Shown piece after piece: positions 13,090 to 23,979 of a DNA stretch of 64,000 nt. Made by a program: the position numbers and the translations under genes. A model generated the notes under the pieces. It was not told the DNA's origin. It made no database searches and was given only the letters and a program-made list of their open reading frames with translations. This DNA is from Escherichia phage CJ20: sequence record MT533174.1. One strand, 5' to 3'. Numbering within the stretch: position 1 is the stretch's first letter; each line of letters opens with the position of its first letter.

Positions 13090-14900
13090 TATGCAATCCT
13101 TACCCAACGGTAAACAATCAAATATGGAGGAAGCGTATCTATTGGCTGTGCCAGCGGGTCAAGAGCTTCGTTAATAGTCGCATAATCTTCACGATAGTTT
13201 GTATAAGCAGGACCTTGCGCATCTGGGTCAACCTGGCAACCACCAACAATAATTGGACCAGTTGCATCAGCTACCAATACTTTTTCATCGGTCTGAATTT
13301 TAGGAATATTGTTTGATTTAATATGAATCTGTACATTACCACCAGTTCCGCCCGCAGTTGCCTGAGGAGCACCAGAAGAATCAAGGTCGTTATTGTTCGT
13401 ATGGAAGTTCGAGGCTGGGTCAGCAGACCAACCAATCAAAACACGTTCTTCAAGGCGCTTCCATGTTCCCATACCCATATATGTTGCAGGGTTATTCGGG
13501 TTAGTCGTGTTCTCGTAAATTGTGCCAATTGGATGGAACATATTAAAGAGAATCGAAACAGCAGATGGTTTAATTTCGCTTGGGTCAACCGGTTCCAGGT
13601 TAGGAGCAAACGGATTATCGTAATCCGTAATTCTTATATCGCCGGTGATTGAAACTTCTGGACCCTGGGAAACATAGATGTTATTTGTTTCATCTGTAAT
13701 TTCATCAAGAGTCATTGTGGTGCCGATATCGTTATTATACCAAACGATAGACAGAATATCGCCATCTTCAAATGTGCGAGCAAACTCAAAAGATTCAATA
13801 CGGTTGTCTTCATCAAAGGTTGTTATATAGTCTTCTTTTGATTTAGCCCATTGACCACCATTATCTGTACACTCTTCTGCAGTGTCACCATCAGCACCTT
13901 CGCATGTATAAGCTGGATAGTTTGCAGTTCCTGCTTCGTGTTGTAATATGCTGTTGATATAAACTTCACATGCGTTCGGGTTAATTGGACTGCTAGGAGA
14001 TACCGCTAGTTCAGTAACCATAAATGTGTGTTTAGTAGATAAATCAGCTACAACCAAAGAGCCTTCGACAGGGGTTTCAAGAGTAAATTTCGAATCACGG
14101 ATTTGAACATCTCGACGGTTATAAGAACTACGATACTGAGCAATACCATCGTTGAATGTTCTGACAATAACTGTGTCACCAGCTGCACAAGGCATACGTA
14201 AACGAATATTGCGACCGTCAAGGGTTACAATTTCACCAGGCGCAGCACCAGGCGAACCGAATTCAGCATTAACCGGGTCGAAAATATCATCTTTGCCATA
14301 AAACAGGTCGTTACCACGATGTTTAACTTCGAGGCTTGCAATGTTATAAGGACGACCATTAAACACATCCAGGAAGTCCGTTTGACCTTCTGTTGCGATG
14401 AATTGCTGGGTCTCAACAGTTGCCACGTCGTTATTTGAAATCTTGTCAATCTGTTTGTTGTCAATGTATTCCCAACGACCTGGAGAGCAATAAACCAGTT
14501 CGATATCTGCCAGGTTACGACGGATAACAACAGGGTCAGGAGAGCCTTTCATTGTGTCACCGACAGCCGGAACAATCGTCACCGGGGAGACTTGCCATGT
14601 TGCAAACACATCACGCAAACGAATAACGTAATTATATTCGGCTGGTGTCCCTTTAGGTAGTTTAACAGTAATCATACCATTTGAAGTATTCACTGCATAG
14701 CTACGACCCATAACGGCTTCCAGAGTTGTACCGTCGGCTACTGACCATGTTTTCCATGCACCAGCAGCATGAGGATTTTCTCCATCGCCGAGCTGGTAGT
14801 AAAGGTCATCAAAGTTATTATTAATTTTTTGGCCGCCGAGACGAAGATAATCGCCGGTACCATCATCGACCATCACGCCTATTTTTAAATTTTGTTTCAT
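13089..14900 (-). CDS. 10: baseplate wedge protein, T4 gp10-like
   Basis: 603-aa ORF; size (T4 gp10 is 602 aa) and synteny 9-10-11; start overlaps the gene 9 stop (TAATG). Confidence 0.82.
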   Translation of the reverse strand: MKQNLKIGVMVDDGTGDYLRLGGQKINNNFDDLYYQLGDGENPHAAGAWKTWSVADGTTLEAVMGRSYAVNTSNGMITVKLPKGTPAEYNYVIRLRDVFATWQVSPVTIVPAVGDTMKGSPDPVVIRRNLADIELVYCSPGRWEYIDNKQIDKISNNDVATVETQQFIATEGQTDFLDVFNGRPYNIASLEVKHRGNDLFYGKDDIFDPVNAEFGSPGAAPGEIVTLDGRNIRLRMPCAAGDTVIVRTFNDGIAQYRSSYNRRDVQIRDSKFTLETPVEGSLVVADLSTKHTFMVTELAVSPSSPINPNACEVYINSILQHEAGTANYPAYTCEGADGDTAEECTDNGGQWAKSKEDYITTFDEDNRIESFEFARTFEDGDILSIVWYNNDIGTTMTLDEITDETNNIYVSQGPEVSITGDIRITDYDNPFAPNLEPVDPSEIKPSAVSILFNMFHPIGTIYENTTNPNNPATYMGMGTWKRLEERVLIGWSADPASNFHTNNNDLDSSGAPQATAGGTGGNVQIHIKSNNIPKIQTDEKVLVADATGPIIVGGCQVDPDAQGPAYTNYREDYATINEALDPLAQPIDTLPPYLIVYRWVRIA

Positions 14901-15769
14901 TAGATTGCTACCCCAATGGTTTGTGTCTCGGCTACCTTAATGGCGAGCTTCATGGAGACTGGTGCGCTTACGGTCGCCGTAACGAAGTTGTCAGCGCCTA
15001 TTTTAAAGTTAATGGTATATAACTCATCATCGTCATCCACGTGACCACGACGCAATACACCGTATTCTGTGCTATACACTTGGTTAGCTTGAGTGTCTAC
15101 AAAGAGCATGACCTCTGATGCTTTGTATTTAGTTTCATCAGTAGATATAGCGGTTAACAAAAGTTTCATTGTTTTGAAATCACTGCGCAATGCAATCGGA
15201 ATATCTCTTGCGTTCAGGCCAATATTATAAGTTCGGTCCAAAGGAATGTGTTTTACACCAAACATATTTTCGATTGAATAATCCCAGGTACCGACGCCGT
15301 TTGCATCATCGATACACCAAAGAGTAATCTTTGTATAAGGGCTGGTGAAGCGAATTTTGTTAGTCGGTGCCGAAACGAAAGTATCTGTGCCTTGTAGTTC
15401 GATTTCCAGAGATTGAGTCGGTGATAAAGTCCCGTTAGAGTTAATGAAGATAATACCTTCACCCATTTTACCGCGGGCAATCCTGGCAGTAACAACACCC
15501 TTGGAGGTATCAACGTCACGGAGAGAACCGAGCGCAACAGGAGTGTTCCATTCGATTATGTTTGTTGCTTTTTGATAATAACCAGTAGCATGCAAGACTT
15601 GGGATTTCTGACCGTTATCGATTGAATAAAGACGTTGGTCACCGAAGGTATTATAGACGTTATCAAAATCTTCGTTAATTTTACGACCACCATCATATAA
15701 GATATCGCCGGTGCTGGCGTTACCAATTTCGCCGACATCTATTAGAAGTTTTGGGGTTTGATTAATCAT
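14900..15769 (-). CDS. 9: baseplate wedge / long tail fibre socket protein, T4 gp9-like
   Basis: 289-aa ORF; size (T4 gp9 is 288 aa) and synteny; preceded by a late promoter. Confidence 0.82.
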   Translation of the reverse strand: MINQTPKLLIDVGEIGNASTGDILYDGGRKINEDFDNVYNTFGDQRLYSIDNGQKSQVLHATGYYQKATNIIEWNTPVALGSLRDVDTSKGVVTARIARGKMGEGIIFINSNGTLSPTQSLEIELQGTDTFVSAPTNKIRFTSPYTKITLWCIDDANGVGTWDYSIENMFGVKHIPLDRTYNIGLNARDIPIALRSDFKTMKLLLTAISTDETKYKASEVMLFVDTQANQVYSTEYGVLRRGHVDDDDELYTINFKIGADNFVTATVSAPVSMKLAIKVAETQTIGVAI

Positions 15770-15796
15770 AGGTAAGCCTCATTATTGATATAGCTA

Positions 15797-15804
15797 TATT
15801 TATA
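15797..15804 (-). promoter_or_regulatory. T4-type late promoter (TATAAATA) upstream of gene 9
   Basis: Plus strand TATTTATA at 15797-15804, 28 nt upstream of the gene 9 ATG. Confidence 0.65.
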
Positions 15805-15830
15805 AAATAAAAAAGGGACCCGAAGGTCCC
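15805..15830 (-). terminator. rho-independent terminator after gene 8
   Basis: GGGACC-CGAA-GGTCCC hairpin at 15815-15830, followed on the minus strand by a U-run (plus-strand A-run 15805-15814). Confidence 0.6.
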
Positions 15831-15833
15831 TAG

Positions 15834-16838
15834 TTAGAATTCAAAAATAATATTTACTTCTTCGGTTTGGTCCATTGCACGATAAACAGGTGGCCTGTTT
15901 TCCATGTAAATCATTTCACCAGAATGTCGACTCAAATCAATAGCATCATAATATTCCTTTGTTGCTTTGATGTTTGGGTCATTAGGAGCAGCTTTAATTT
16001 CCAGAGGGTTAGCGACAATTGAAATCTGTCTAAAACCTTTGTTACCTGGAAGACTGAACTGAGGAAAATAAATCGAATCCATGAAAGCCTTGAAACGAAT
16101 TGTATTACCCTTGATACGATAGATTAAACCATAATCATTTTGCTGCCATGTCAGGTTATCTTTGTACCCCCAACGTTCTGGGTCTTCTGCAATTTCTTCT
16201 GGCCATGGAACAACGATATATTCGTTTGTGCAGCGGTTAATGGATACGTCAGGTGGAATCTCATAGAGATATTCCCAGAGATAGCCATCACCCATATCAA
16301 CACGTCCTTCAGTATCGCCAGTCCCTGATGGAGCCCGGCTGGAAGCATAGTCTGAAGTCCATTTACCACCAAGCTTAAGACATTCTTGCTTATTAGTGAT
16401 GGAATAAATCGAACAAGTACCAGATTCAGGAACATCCACACAACGATAAACCATCCAACCTTTACCAACATCAGTTCGGTTATATGGTGCGGTATTACTT
16501 ACGACAATTTCGCCAATCTGGAAGTTCAGCGGGTTAGGATAACGAACATCACCCCAATCCTTACGAGGAACCACGCAGTCAAGCATGGATTTATACACCT
16601 TGACTGCTCCCATCATATTAGTCCAAACATCTTCAACACCTTGAGCATCATCAACCGGATAAGGTGGAGCAAACCCCGGGTCGTTCTCGTTTGCAGCCCA
16701 TGGTTCTGCACGACCGAACGTGACATACATTGTATTTTCAGTGGCGCTATCCCCGATAGCGCCGTAAAAGTTATACATTTTTTCCGTTCTGAATTTTGAT
16801 GTAACAATCGAACGGTAAACTACGGTAGAGTTATTCAT
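15834..16838 (-). CDS. 8: baseplate wedge protein, T4 gp8-like
   Basis: 334-aa ORF, exactly the T4 gp8 length; synteny 7-8-9; overlaps the gene 7 stop by 8 nt. Confidence 0.82.
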   Translation of the reverse strand: MNNSTVVYRSIVTSKFRTEKMYNFYGAIGDSATENTMYVTFGRAEPWAANENDPGFAPPYPVDDAQGVEDVWTNMMGAVKVYKSMLDCVVPRKDWGDVRYPNPLNFQIGEIVVSNTAPYNRTDVGKGWMVYRCVDVPESGTCSIYSITNKQECLKLGGKWTSDYASSRAPSGTGDTEGRVDMGDGYLWEYLYEIPPDVSINRCTNEYIVVPWPEEIAEDPERWGYKDNLTWQQNDYGLIYRIKGNTIRFKAFMDSIYFPQFSLPGNKGFRQISIVANPLEIKAAPNDPNIKATKEYYDAIDLSRHSGEMIYMENRPPVYRAMDQTEEVNIIFEF

Positions 16839-19800
16839 TTACATTTACCTGTGTAGGATTAACCGGGTCTCTTGGATTACCAATATCATCTTTAAGACGT
16901 TGGTCAACTAATGCTCTCCAATTCGAGAATGTAACAGCAGACTGGTCAAACAGTGGACTATATTTTCCACGACGTTGTGACGGTAACAACCCATAGAACA
17001 TAGAGAAATCATTCTCGGCATCATAATCCGCAGGTAACGGGAAAGGTTGACCAGCATTAGGAGCGATGTTATATATTGCTTCGCCTGTGGTAGGGTTTTT
17101 CTCAATAGCACCATCAACACCAATCACCGCAACTCGGTCATTCCATTCGGACGGAATACCAGAAGACCATCTATAGTTACTTAATTTATTAATGATTGTC
17201 TCGGTGTGTTTAAGAGTCAAACCAACGTTAACAAACATTGTCAGCAACGTAATACCGATGAATCCAAATCCAACCGGGTGAACGAATCTTAAAACGTCAT
17301 TACGATAACGGGAGGTCGGAAGGTTTGACTTAATTGTCATTACGTAATAAGAGCGATTACGGTTAATATAATCGATGTTGTTACTCAACAACTCTTTACC
17401 ACGAACACCTTGTACAATCATCCCCTCGAATGAGGTTCTTTCTGATTTAATTTCTTGTCCAGCAATAAAACGACCCAGGAGATTATGAATCGTGATGCGC
17501 CATCTTAATTTACCATCTTTATAATCGCGCTCCATATAAGTCACATTACTGCGCCCGGTAGCGGTATAAATGGTTTGGCCTACAATGTCTTCACTGATAT
17601 TATCAGATTCAACTACGATATCATACTCGGTTCCGTTCTTGGATTCGATGTCAATTTCAACATCTTCATTATATAACAATTTGAACAGGAATTTATAAGA
17701 TGCTTCTGTGCCTTTTGTTGCCCAAAAATCAGACTGTCTGGCTTGGAAGAATCGAACAGCTTCGTCACGTTTTTCCTTGGAAAGATAAATGTTGCGTTTG
17801 TACATTTCGCTCCAGAGATATTCCCATGCATCTTCCTCTCGCGGATATTGGTTGCGAATAAGATTCAAAAGGTTATTATAGTATGTACCGGAACCATCAC
17901 TGATGAACTGCAAATAGTATTCACAGAATTTTTCAAATTTGCTATCCTGTAAAAGATAACTATCCGGGACCATTTTCGTTAACAGTGGCTGCAAGTCAGG
18001 GTCTTTTTCCTTGTTCTCATTTTCCGGAGTCCATGGAATATCGTGTTCCTGGTTTTGCAGTTCAGCCATAAGCATAATTTCTTTTGGCTTCCAGATGATG
18101 CGCACTTCATCACGCACGCGATAGTCAAACTCAAAATAGCCAATTAATTCCCCGGTATTTTTATGAAGCATAATCCCGGAGGCATATTTTTTAAAGCTAT
18201 TGAATTCGATGTTAGGTGCAGTAATCGTTACTTGACCTTTGTTCCAATATTCATGCACGATACGTTCCGGGGAAGTTCCACCAAATGTATCGATGATATA
18301 TTGATAAAGAACATCATTATAGACGACCATTGCTCGGTCTGAAGTCGTAATCCAACAACGAGTATCGTCACGTCTTGACCAGTTAAAGAACGGCTCTGCA
18401 TAGTAAGTCATACGACCTGGTTTGAACTCTTCGAAATCAGAATCTTCACCAGCTCTGAAGCTCATCATCAGGTAATGCTTATCATGTATCCATTGCTCAT
18501 CGTAAACGTATTTGACTGCTTCATTAACTTCATCAGGATATTTAAGAGGTAGTTCAGTATCAGGCTCAACCGAATATTTGAAGTTACTGGAGCTAAAGAA
18601 CACTTCGATGCCATCAGTTGACATGCTCGCATAACCGTGTTCGATTCGACGACGTTCTTCTTCTGTATTACCAAAAACTCTCGTCCATGTATCAGTAGCG
18701 GGGTCTAATTTATAAACACCTTTATCCAGAGAGTCAACAACGTTTTCAGGTTTAGTTGGGTCTTGTCTTTCTTCTTTAACTTCACCCGTAATTAATGCAA
18801 ATGTATGACCTTGAACCGAATCCATTTTATAGCAAACTGCTTTAGGGTTCGCCGTAATTGTACTGTAACCAGTTTCAAATAGTTTTTCACCGAAGGTTGG
18901 AGACCCTGGAGTTGTATCAATCGGGGCATCGGAGGTTTTTGCTTTATACACACGACCGCGCGCCGCAACATAAATGAACTCATCCGAAACCGTAATAGCT
19001 TCTGCTATTTGCGAAATATAGGCCGGAAGTCTTGCATAGTTACCGAAGATTTCAATATCAAATCCAAGGTTAATATCCGAACCGACTTTAGCAAATGTAA
19101 TATCTTCAGAACTGAATCGAACATCATCTGCAGACCATCTTATGTCACTTGACTGACGACCATAGAATATGCGGTCATACCCAAGAACATAAGTTGTGGT
19201 ATCAGTCTGGTAATACACAGTTCTTGACACAGGGTTACCGATACGCTCATTAAAGAGTCTTATGTAATACCAGTTCTGACCTTTGTCATTGGAGACTTTA
19301 ACCATCGGCTGAAAGCGTTCGAACAGATAAAGCACGCCACCAAGTTCAGCAAGCATCGTACGGTTTTGGTCAACACAAACTGCTTGAATCGGTCCCTGGA
19401 TTTCGTGATATTGGTCTTCTTGTAAAACATAGTTCGAGATTGAAGACAAATGAGAATATGCAGAGGTCCATGTAAAGTCTTCGGACATCAATGAGGCCAT
19501 AATAGCATCATTGTTAAAGTTGATATATCTCTGATTGTTATTGGTGAATTTTTCTTCAATGAACTTATTGGCCAAGCTAAATTCGCGCATATGTTCAAAA
19601 GTATATGCGTTCGTGGCGAAGGTTTCAAATTCCTCGGTGTATTCCCAATCAGACCGTTCGAAGCCCATTGCCGCAACAGACACGCGCATCTGATAACTTG
19701 TTAACGGACGAATATATTCCTGCTCAAACCATTCATTGTCTGCGGTATAACCAAGGTCACGCCAAATTAAATCTCTAGTTGGGATGTGTACTCCATTTTC

Positions 19801-19926
19801 TGTGATTTGTGCAATCTCCACAAAATAGTAAAAGTTGGAGCCTACATCATCCCATTTAATACTAACCTGGTTGGCAGATAGTTTATCAATCCGCAAGCTA
19901 GTAACAGAAGGGGCTTTAACAGTCAT
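16831..19926 (-). CDS. 7: baseplate wedge protein, T4 gp7-like
   Basis: 1031-aa ORF (T4 gp7 is 1032 aa); synteny 6-7-8. Confidence 0.85.
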   Translation of the reverse strand: MTVKAPSVTSLRIDKLSANQVSIKWDDVGSNFYYFVEIAQITENGVHIPTRDLIWRDLGYTADNEWFEQEYIRPLTSYQMRVSVAAMGFERSDWEYTEEFETFATNAYTFEHMREFSLANKFIEEKFTNNNQRYINFNNDAIMASLMSEDFTWTSAYSHLSSISNYVLQEDQYHEIQGPIQAVCVDQNRTMLAELGGVLYLFERFQPMVKVSNDKGQNWYYIRLFNERIGNPVSRTVYYQTDTTTYVLGYDRIFYGRQSSDIRWSADDVRFSSEDITFAKVGSDINLGFDIEIFGNYARLPAYISQIAEAITVSDEFIYVAARGRVYKAKTSDAPIDTTPGSPTFGEKLFETGYSTITANPKAVCYKMDSVQGHTFALITGEVKEERQDPTKPENVVDSLDKGVYKLDPATDTWTRVFGNTEEERRRIEHGYASMSTDGIEVFFSSSNFKYSVEPDTELPLKYPDEVNEAVKYVYDEQWIHDKHYLMMSFRAGEDSDFEEFKPGRMTYYAEPFFNWSRRDDTRCWITTSDRAMVVYNDVLYQYIIDTFGGTSPERIVHEYWNKGQVTITAPNIEFNSFKKYASGIMLHKNTGELIGYFEFDYRVRDEVRIIWKPKEIMLMAELQNQEHDIPWTPENENKEKDPDLQPLLTKMVPDSYLLQDSKFEKFCEYYLQFISDGSGTYYNNLLNLIRNQYPREEDAWEYLWSEMYKRNIYLSKEKRDEAVRFFQARQSDFWATKGTEASYKFLFKLLYNEDVEIDIESKNGTEYDIVVESDNISEDIVGQTIYTATGRSNVTYMERDYKDGKLRWRITIHNLLGRFIAGQEIKSERTSFEGMIVQGVRGKELLSNNIDYINRNRSYYVMTIKSNLPTSRYRNDVLRFVHPVGFGFIGITLLTMFVNVGLTLKHTETIINKLSNYRWSSGIPSEWNDRVAVIGVDGAIEKNPTTGEAIYNIAPNAGQPFPLPADYDAENDFSMFYGLLPSQRRGKYSPLFDQSAVTFSNWRALVDQRLKDDIGNPRDPVNPTQVNVNE

Positions 19927-19954
19927 TAAGATTCCTTAAAGCCTCCGAAGAGGC

Positions 19955-21913
19955 TTATAATGTAATTGGTTCTAAATTAATAGTCGTATAATGTGGACGA
20001 AGGTCATTTTCGAATACGATAAGCGAACCGTCTTTTGTGTAGATGTTGTCCTGGTCTGGACCCGCATACAGTTCGATTGATTGCACTTCAAAACGGTCCG
20101 AAGTCAAACCAATCGCGGCAATGTCCCAGAAGATATAATCAGACCAATAATCGATTTCACCGATTACAAAGTATTGAGTCTGGTCAGCTGGTGCAACCAT
20201 CTTATTAAAGTCATTACCTGTATAAGGTTGAATATTCGCATTAAGCTGAACATCACCTGGACGGAACGGACCAATGACCATTTTACCATCGCCAGAAGAG
20301 TTGCGGTCAGTCGCTACAATACGGACGTTATATGAGGTAATGGTATCGCTTTGGTTTGTTGGAACGAATTCGAATTCGCTTGATTCCACCGACCTATTAG
20401 TATATTGATTATAATATTTAATGCCGGATTCTGGAGTCTTAAAGAAGTTCAAGACCTCGCGAACCATTGTCACCGTTGCAGACGAACCCAAAATACTATG
20501 GTCAGTATTATCCACATAAGTGAGCATTTTCGATTTAGCAAAACTGTGGTTAAACAATTCAACTTCATCAATATAATAGCGGTCAATCTGGTTAATGATT
20601 TGTGCTTGCAACCACTGTTCAGATTCCTGTAATTTATTCAGCGCATAAGACACTTTGATATTGTGTTTAAGGAACAAATAATCAGGAGAAATAACTGATG
20701 GTGTAATTGTCGATACGTTGAACTCACTAAGGTAGTTTTTGATGTCCTCACGCTGCACTGCGGTGAGATACAAGCCCGATTTAGGTTTAACTGATATAAA
20801 CGCATACCCAGGTTTATTTGCGTCCGTAAACGTCTGTACGGCTTGTACGATTGAGCCGAATCTTTCTGATACGAAGGTATCATAATCGGTCCCGGTGACA
20901 GCACGCATCTGCGCTTCACGTTTAACTACAGCCAGTTCACGGATTCGTTCAATATCTTCCGGGTCACCGCCACCATCAGCTCCAACGTAATCTTTATCGT
21001 TATTGTAGTTTTCGGTAATCTTGTCAACAGTGATATAAGTCAAGGAGTCTGCATAGCTGAAATCAACTGCACCATTTGCATCAGCCCCTGATGTGCGAAG
21101 ATATTCGATAACAATTGTCGAATCCTGCACAGGTTTCAATCCACCAATATAGTTGGCTTCCAATACGCCACCGGCAACCGATTTGGTCGATTCCCCTTCA
21201 CCAAAGAAGAATTCAGTATTACCATCAACAGTTTCACGCATATAGAAAATGGTGGATGTTGAGCCAGCATGAACCATTGATTTGTTTGTCCAGTCAGTCC
21301 ACTCGATACCGTTCACAAAAAGCTTAACTTCTTTTCGGTCAATATCCGGGTCACGAATAAGAATAGGTTGTTTCGGGTCATACAAAAGTTCGGTACGAAT
21401 AATGCGGCCTTGTGCAAGGGATACAATCGGCAGATATTGGTTGTTAATGTCTTTTACCGCGATTACATTATCCGTTGTGACAAACATATAAGGGTCAGCT
21501 GATGTATCACGAGCATAAGCCAGGAACTTAGTCCCGCGCGGGATTTCAATATTCGATGGTTGGAGAGCGTGAGAACATGTCAGCATAACCGAAGTCTTTG
21601 CGGCTGAACGTGAAGATGGAAGATAACCATTATCCTGTGCAGCTTGAACAACCGAAGACCTTAGGTTTGCAGTTCCGATAAATGATTCATAAACTGCCGT
21701 ATTAGCAAACTGCTGCATATACAATGTATTATATGCAAGCATATCAATCAGGATATTCATTCGCGAACCTACGAAATCATAATCCTTAAATTCATCCTGG
21801 CTTGATAACCAGTCAATGATGTTCTTTTTAATTTCTTCAAACGTAGCTCCCACAAATACTTTTGGGATAGCGTTAACGGTTCTTGTTAATTGGTAATTCG
21901 TAGGAGTAGCCAT
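19955..21913 (-). CDS. 6: baseplate wedge protein, T4 gp6-like
   Basis: 652-aa ORF (T4 gp6 is 660 aa); synteny; followed by an AAGCCTC-CGAA-GAGGCTT hairpin at 19937-19954. Confidence 0.82.
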   Translation of the reverse strand: MATPTNYQLTRTVNAIPKVFVGATFEEIKKNIIDWLSSQDEFKDYDFVGSRMNILIDMLAYNTLYMQQFANTAVYESFIGTANLRSSVVQAAQDNGYLPSSRSAAKTSVMLTCSHALQPSNIEIPRGTKFLAYARDTSADPYMFVTTDNVIAVKDINNQYLPIVSLAQGRIIRTELLYDPKQPILIRDPDIDRKEVKLFVNGIEWTDWTNKSMVHAGSTSTIFYMRETVDGNTEFFFGEGESTKSVAGGVLEANYIGGLKPVQDSTIVIEYLRTSGADANGAVDFSYADSLTYITVDKITENYNNDKDYVGADGGGDPEDIERIRELAVVKREAQMRAVTGTDYDTFVSERFGSIVQAVQTFTDANKPGYAFISVKPKSGLYLTAVQREDIKNYLSEFNVSTITPSVISPDYLFLKHNIKVSYALNKLQESEQWLQAQIINQIDRYYIDEVELFNHSFAKSKMLTYVDNTDHSILGSSATVTMVREVLNFFKTPESGIKYYNQYTNRSVESSEFEFVPTNQSDTITSYNVRIVATDRNSSGDGKMVIGPFRPGDVQLNANIQPYTGNDFNKMVAPADQTQYFVIGEIDYWSDYIFWDIAAIGLTSDRFEVQSIELYAGPDQDNIYTKDGSLIVFENDLRPHYTTINLEPITL

Positions 21914-21914
21914 T

Positions 21915-23978
21915 TTATTTCCTAGTAGGAGATTCTAAACAAGGTATGCAAATGGAAAGGGATGGAAATGCAATCGTTAAACCGAATATTCCCAGCATCT
22001 TATTAATCCATTGTACCACCTTACTTAATGATAATGTTGATATTTGGTTATACATTGATTTGCACAAGTCTTTCATTGACCTGGAACCATCAGTAAATTC
22101 GTGATATAAAGATTTTGCTTTAGTTACTGAGTTCTCGTATATAACCATGATATCATCTACAGTAGCTCCGAGCATACCGAGAAGTTCTTCCATTTGAGTC
22201 ACAATAGGAAGCTTTTTGAATTCTTCTAAAGCCATATCTAATACATCAGAAACGGAGGTTTGACTTTCGGTAATAGAGTTCTTAATCTGATTATATTTAT
22301 TCTTTAAAAGTTCAAGTGCAGCTTCAGCTTGTGCTAATGCGGCTTCCTTCTGAGCAGTTAGCTCGTCTGTAACTTTTTCGTACATTCCTGAAAGATATTG
22401 TTTAAATTCAATAGCTTGTTTTTGTACTTCTTGCTTTTTGAGCTTAATCTCATTCCACAGATTGAGTGCCTGGGTTTTAAGAGCCTCAATCATTGCATAA
22501 GCTTCGTCTATTTTCTGGTCTACCTTTTCCATAACCATTTGATAAACATCTGATGCTGTGAATCCTGGAAAGTTACCGCTCATTATCATGTCCAGTGGTT
22601 TAACTTGCTTCATCATTTCCTTGACCGCAGTAATAACGCTCCAAACTGGGTTCGGAACTATAGGAGGCATACTCCATATTTGAGCGAGGTCTACACACAG
22701 TTTTGATAATGCAACACCAGCCATAAGCAATTGAGACCAGGCCCAGTCATACAAGTCTGTAATTGCATCAATAAGGTCACGCGAATACATCTTGACGCGT
22801 TCAACCGAATAATCGTATGCCGACCCAATGGCAGAATAAATCGATTGGATGGTTTCTTCTAAATTAAAGTTTTTCCATGCTTCTTTTAATTTCTGTACAC
22901 CATCACCTGAAGTGCAGAGGTCTTCCAGGTCAATAGTCATGCCCATAATAGTAATCGAGGGTAAAAAGCTTTTAAGTAAGTCCCACCCACCGCCAACAAT
23001 ATTCAAGACCTGTGATATGGCATCTTTAAATGCAAGAAAAGCCATTTGCTGAACATATTGACACATAGCAACAGCTGAGTTGCCTAGCTCTTCCATTGCG
23101 ACCGATAGCTTACTATAACCAGAATCGAAGAATTTTTCCCAATCGGTTCCACCAGATGATGGCCATCCAGGGAGCATATCCCAATATAATTTGAATGAAT
23201 TCCTAGATGTATTCCATGAAGCCATAATCGCATTGGTCAATCCGTTGTAAGGGAATTCCGCTGTAAAAGGAACACAGCTTATTGCCCTGGCTCGCCCGGT
23301 TATTTCTGGCGGTAAAGACCCGATGGATACCGGTCCCGGAATCGGAGTTCCTGGGATACTCATATCAACATCTAGATTTAATATCAGTCCAACATAAGTA
23401 CAAGGTTTTGTCTCATAGTACTTCAAATAAGCCCTGCGGGAGTCACCAAGGCCGTTAAAGTTGACATACATATGATAATCAGCCGTAACTGCAATCATCG
23501 TCCTGGGGTCCATTCTGGGGCCTTGTGACGTCCATACACCGCCACAGTTTTCGATGCGATACATATCATATTCAATAGATGTTTTATACAATACAGATTT
23601 TGATAAATCGGCGCCGTACCAATCATTACCGGACAAAAGAGTTGCACCAATCGATTCTACATAATTTTCTAAATCCAATTGCGTAATAAAGAATATTCCG
23701 AGTTTAGCACACCAGATACCTTGACTTGTTCCATCTTCCGGCGGGGGAGGTGCAGGAAAAGTTTCGGACTTATTACCAAATGGATTTTGTGTGTATAAAT
23801 GTGTAGCTAGTGGAATAATCTCGGTATCCCATTCAACGCCATTCCCAGGTTGAATAAAAGCACCTGTTGGGTTATATAATTCCCATTTAACCCGGCGATA
23901 TTCACCGGGTCCTACTGCGTCATCACAGGGACTTGTTACAGTCCCTACCACTTCATCAACTTTATTGTAGTAATTCAT
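21915..23978 (-). CDS. hypothetical 687-aa protein inserted between genes 5 and 6 (baseplate module); C-terminal third predicted coiled coil
   Basis: Long uninterrupted minus-strand ORF; likely start is the ATG at 23976-23978, 1 nt after the gene 5 stop (the ORF track uses an upstream GTG at 24002); ends 1 nt before the gene 6 start. T4 has only small genes (5.1-5.4) here, and I do not recognise this protein. Confidence 0.8.
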   Translation of the reverse strand: MNYYNKVDEVVGTVTSPCDDAVGPGEYRRVKWELYNPTGAFIQPGNGVEWDTEIIPLATHLYTQNPFGNKSETFPAPPPPEDGTSQGIWCAKLGIFFITQLDLENYVESIGATLLSGNDWYGADLSKSVLYKTSIEYDMYRIENCGGVWTSQGPRMDPRTMIAVTADYHMYVNFNGLGDSRRAYLKYYETKPCTYVGLILNLDVDMSIPGTPIPGPVSIGSLPPEITGRARAISCVPFTAEFPYNGLTNAIMASWNTSRNSFKLYWDMLPGWPSSGGTDWEKFFDSGYSKLSVAMEELGNSAVAMCQYVQQMAFLAFKDAISQVLNIVGGGWDLLKSFLPSITIMGMTIDLEDLCTSGDGVQKLKEAWKNFNLEETIQSIYSAIGSAYDYSVERVKMYSRDLIDAITDLYDWAWSQLLMAGVALSKLCVDLAQIWSMPPIVPNPVWSVITAVKEMMKQVKPLDMIMSGNFPGFTASDVYQMVMEKVDQKIDEAYAMIEALKTQALNLWNEIKLKKQEVQKQAIEFKQYLSGMYEKVTDELTAQKEAALAQAEAALELLKNKYNQIKNSITESQTSVSDVLDMALEEFKKLPIVTQMEELLGMLGATVDDIMVIYENSVTKAKSLYHEFTDGSRSMKDLCKSMYNQISTLSLSKVVQWINKMLGIFGLTIAFPSLSICIPCLESPTRK

Positions 23979-23979
23979 A

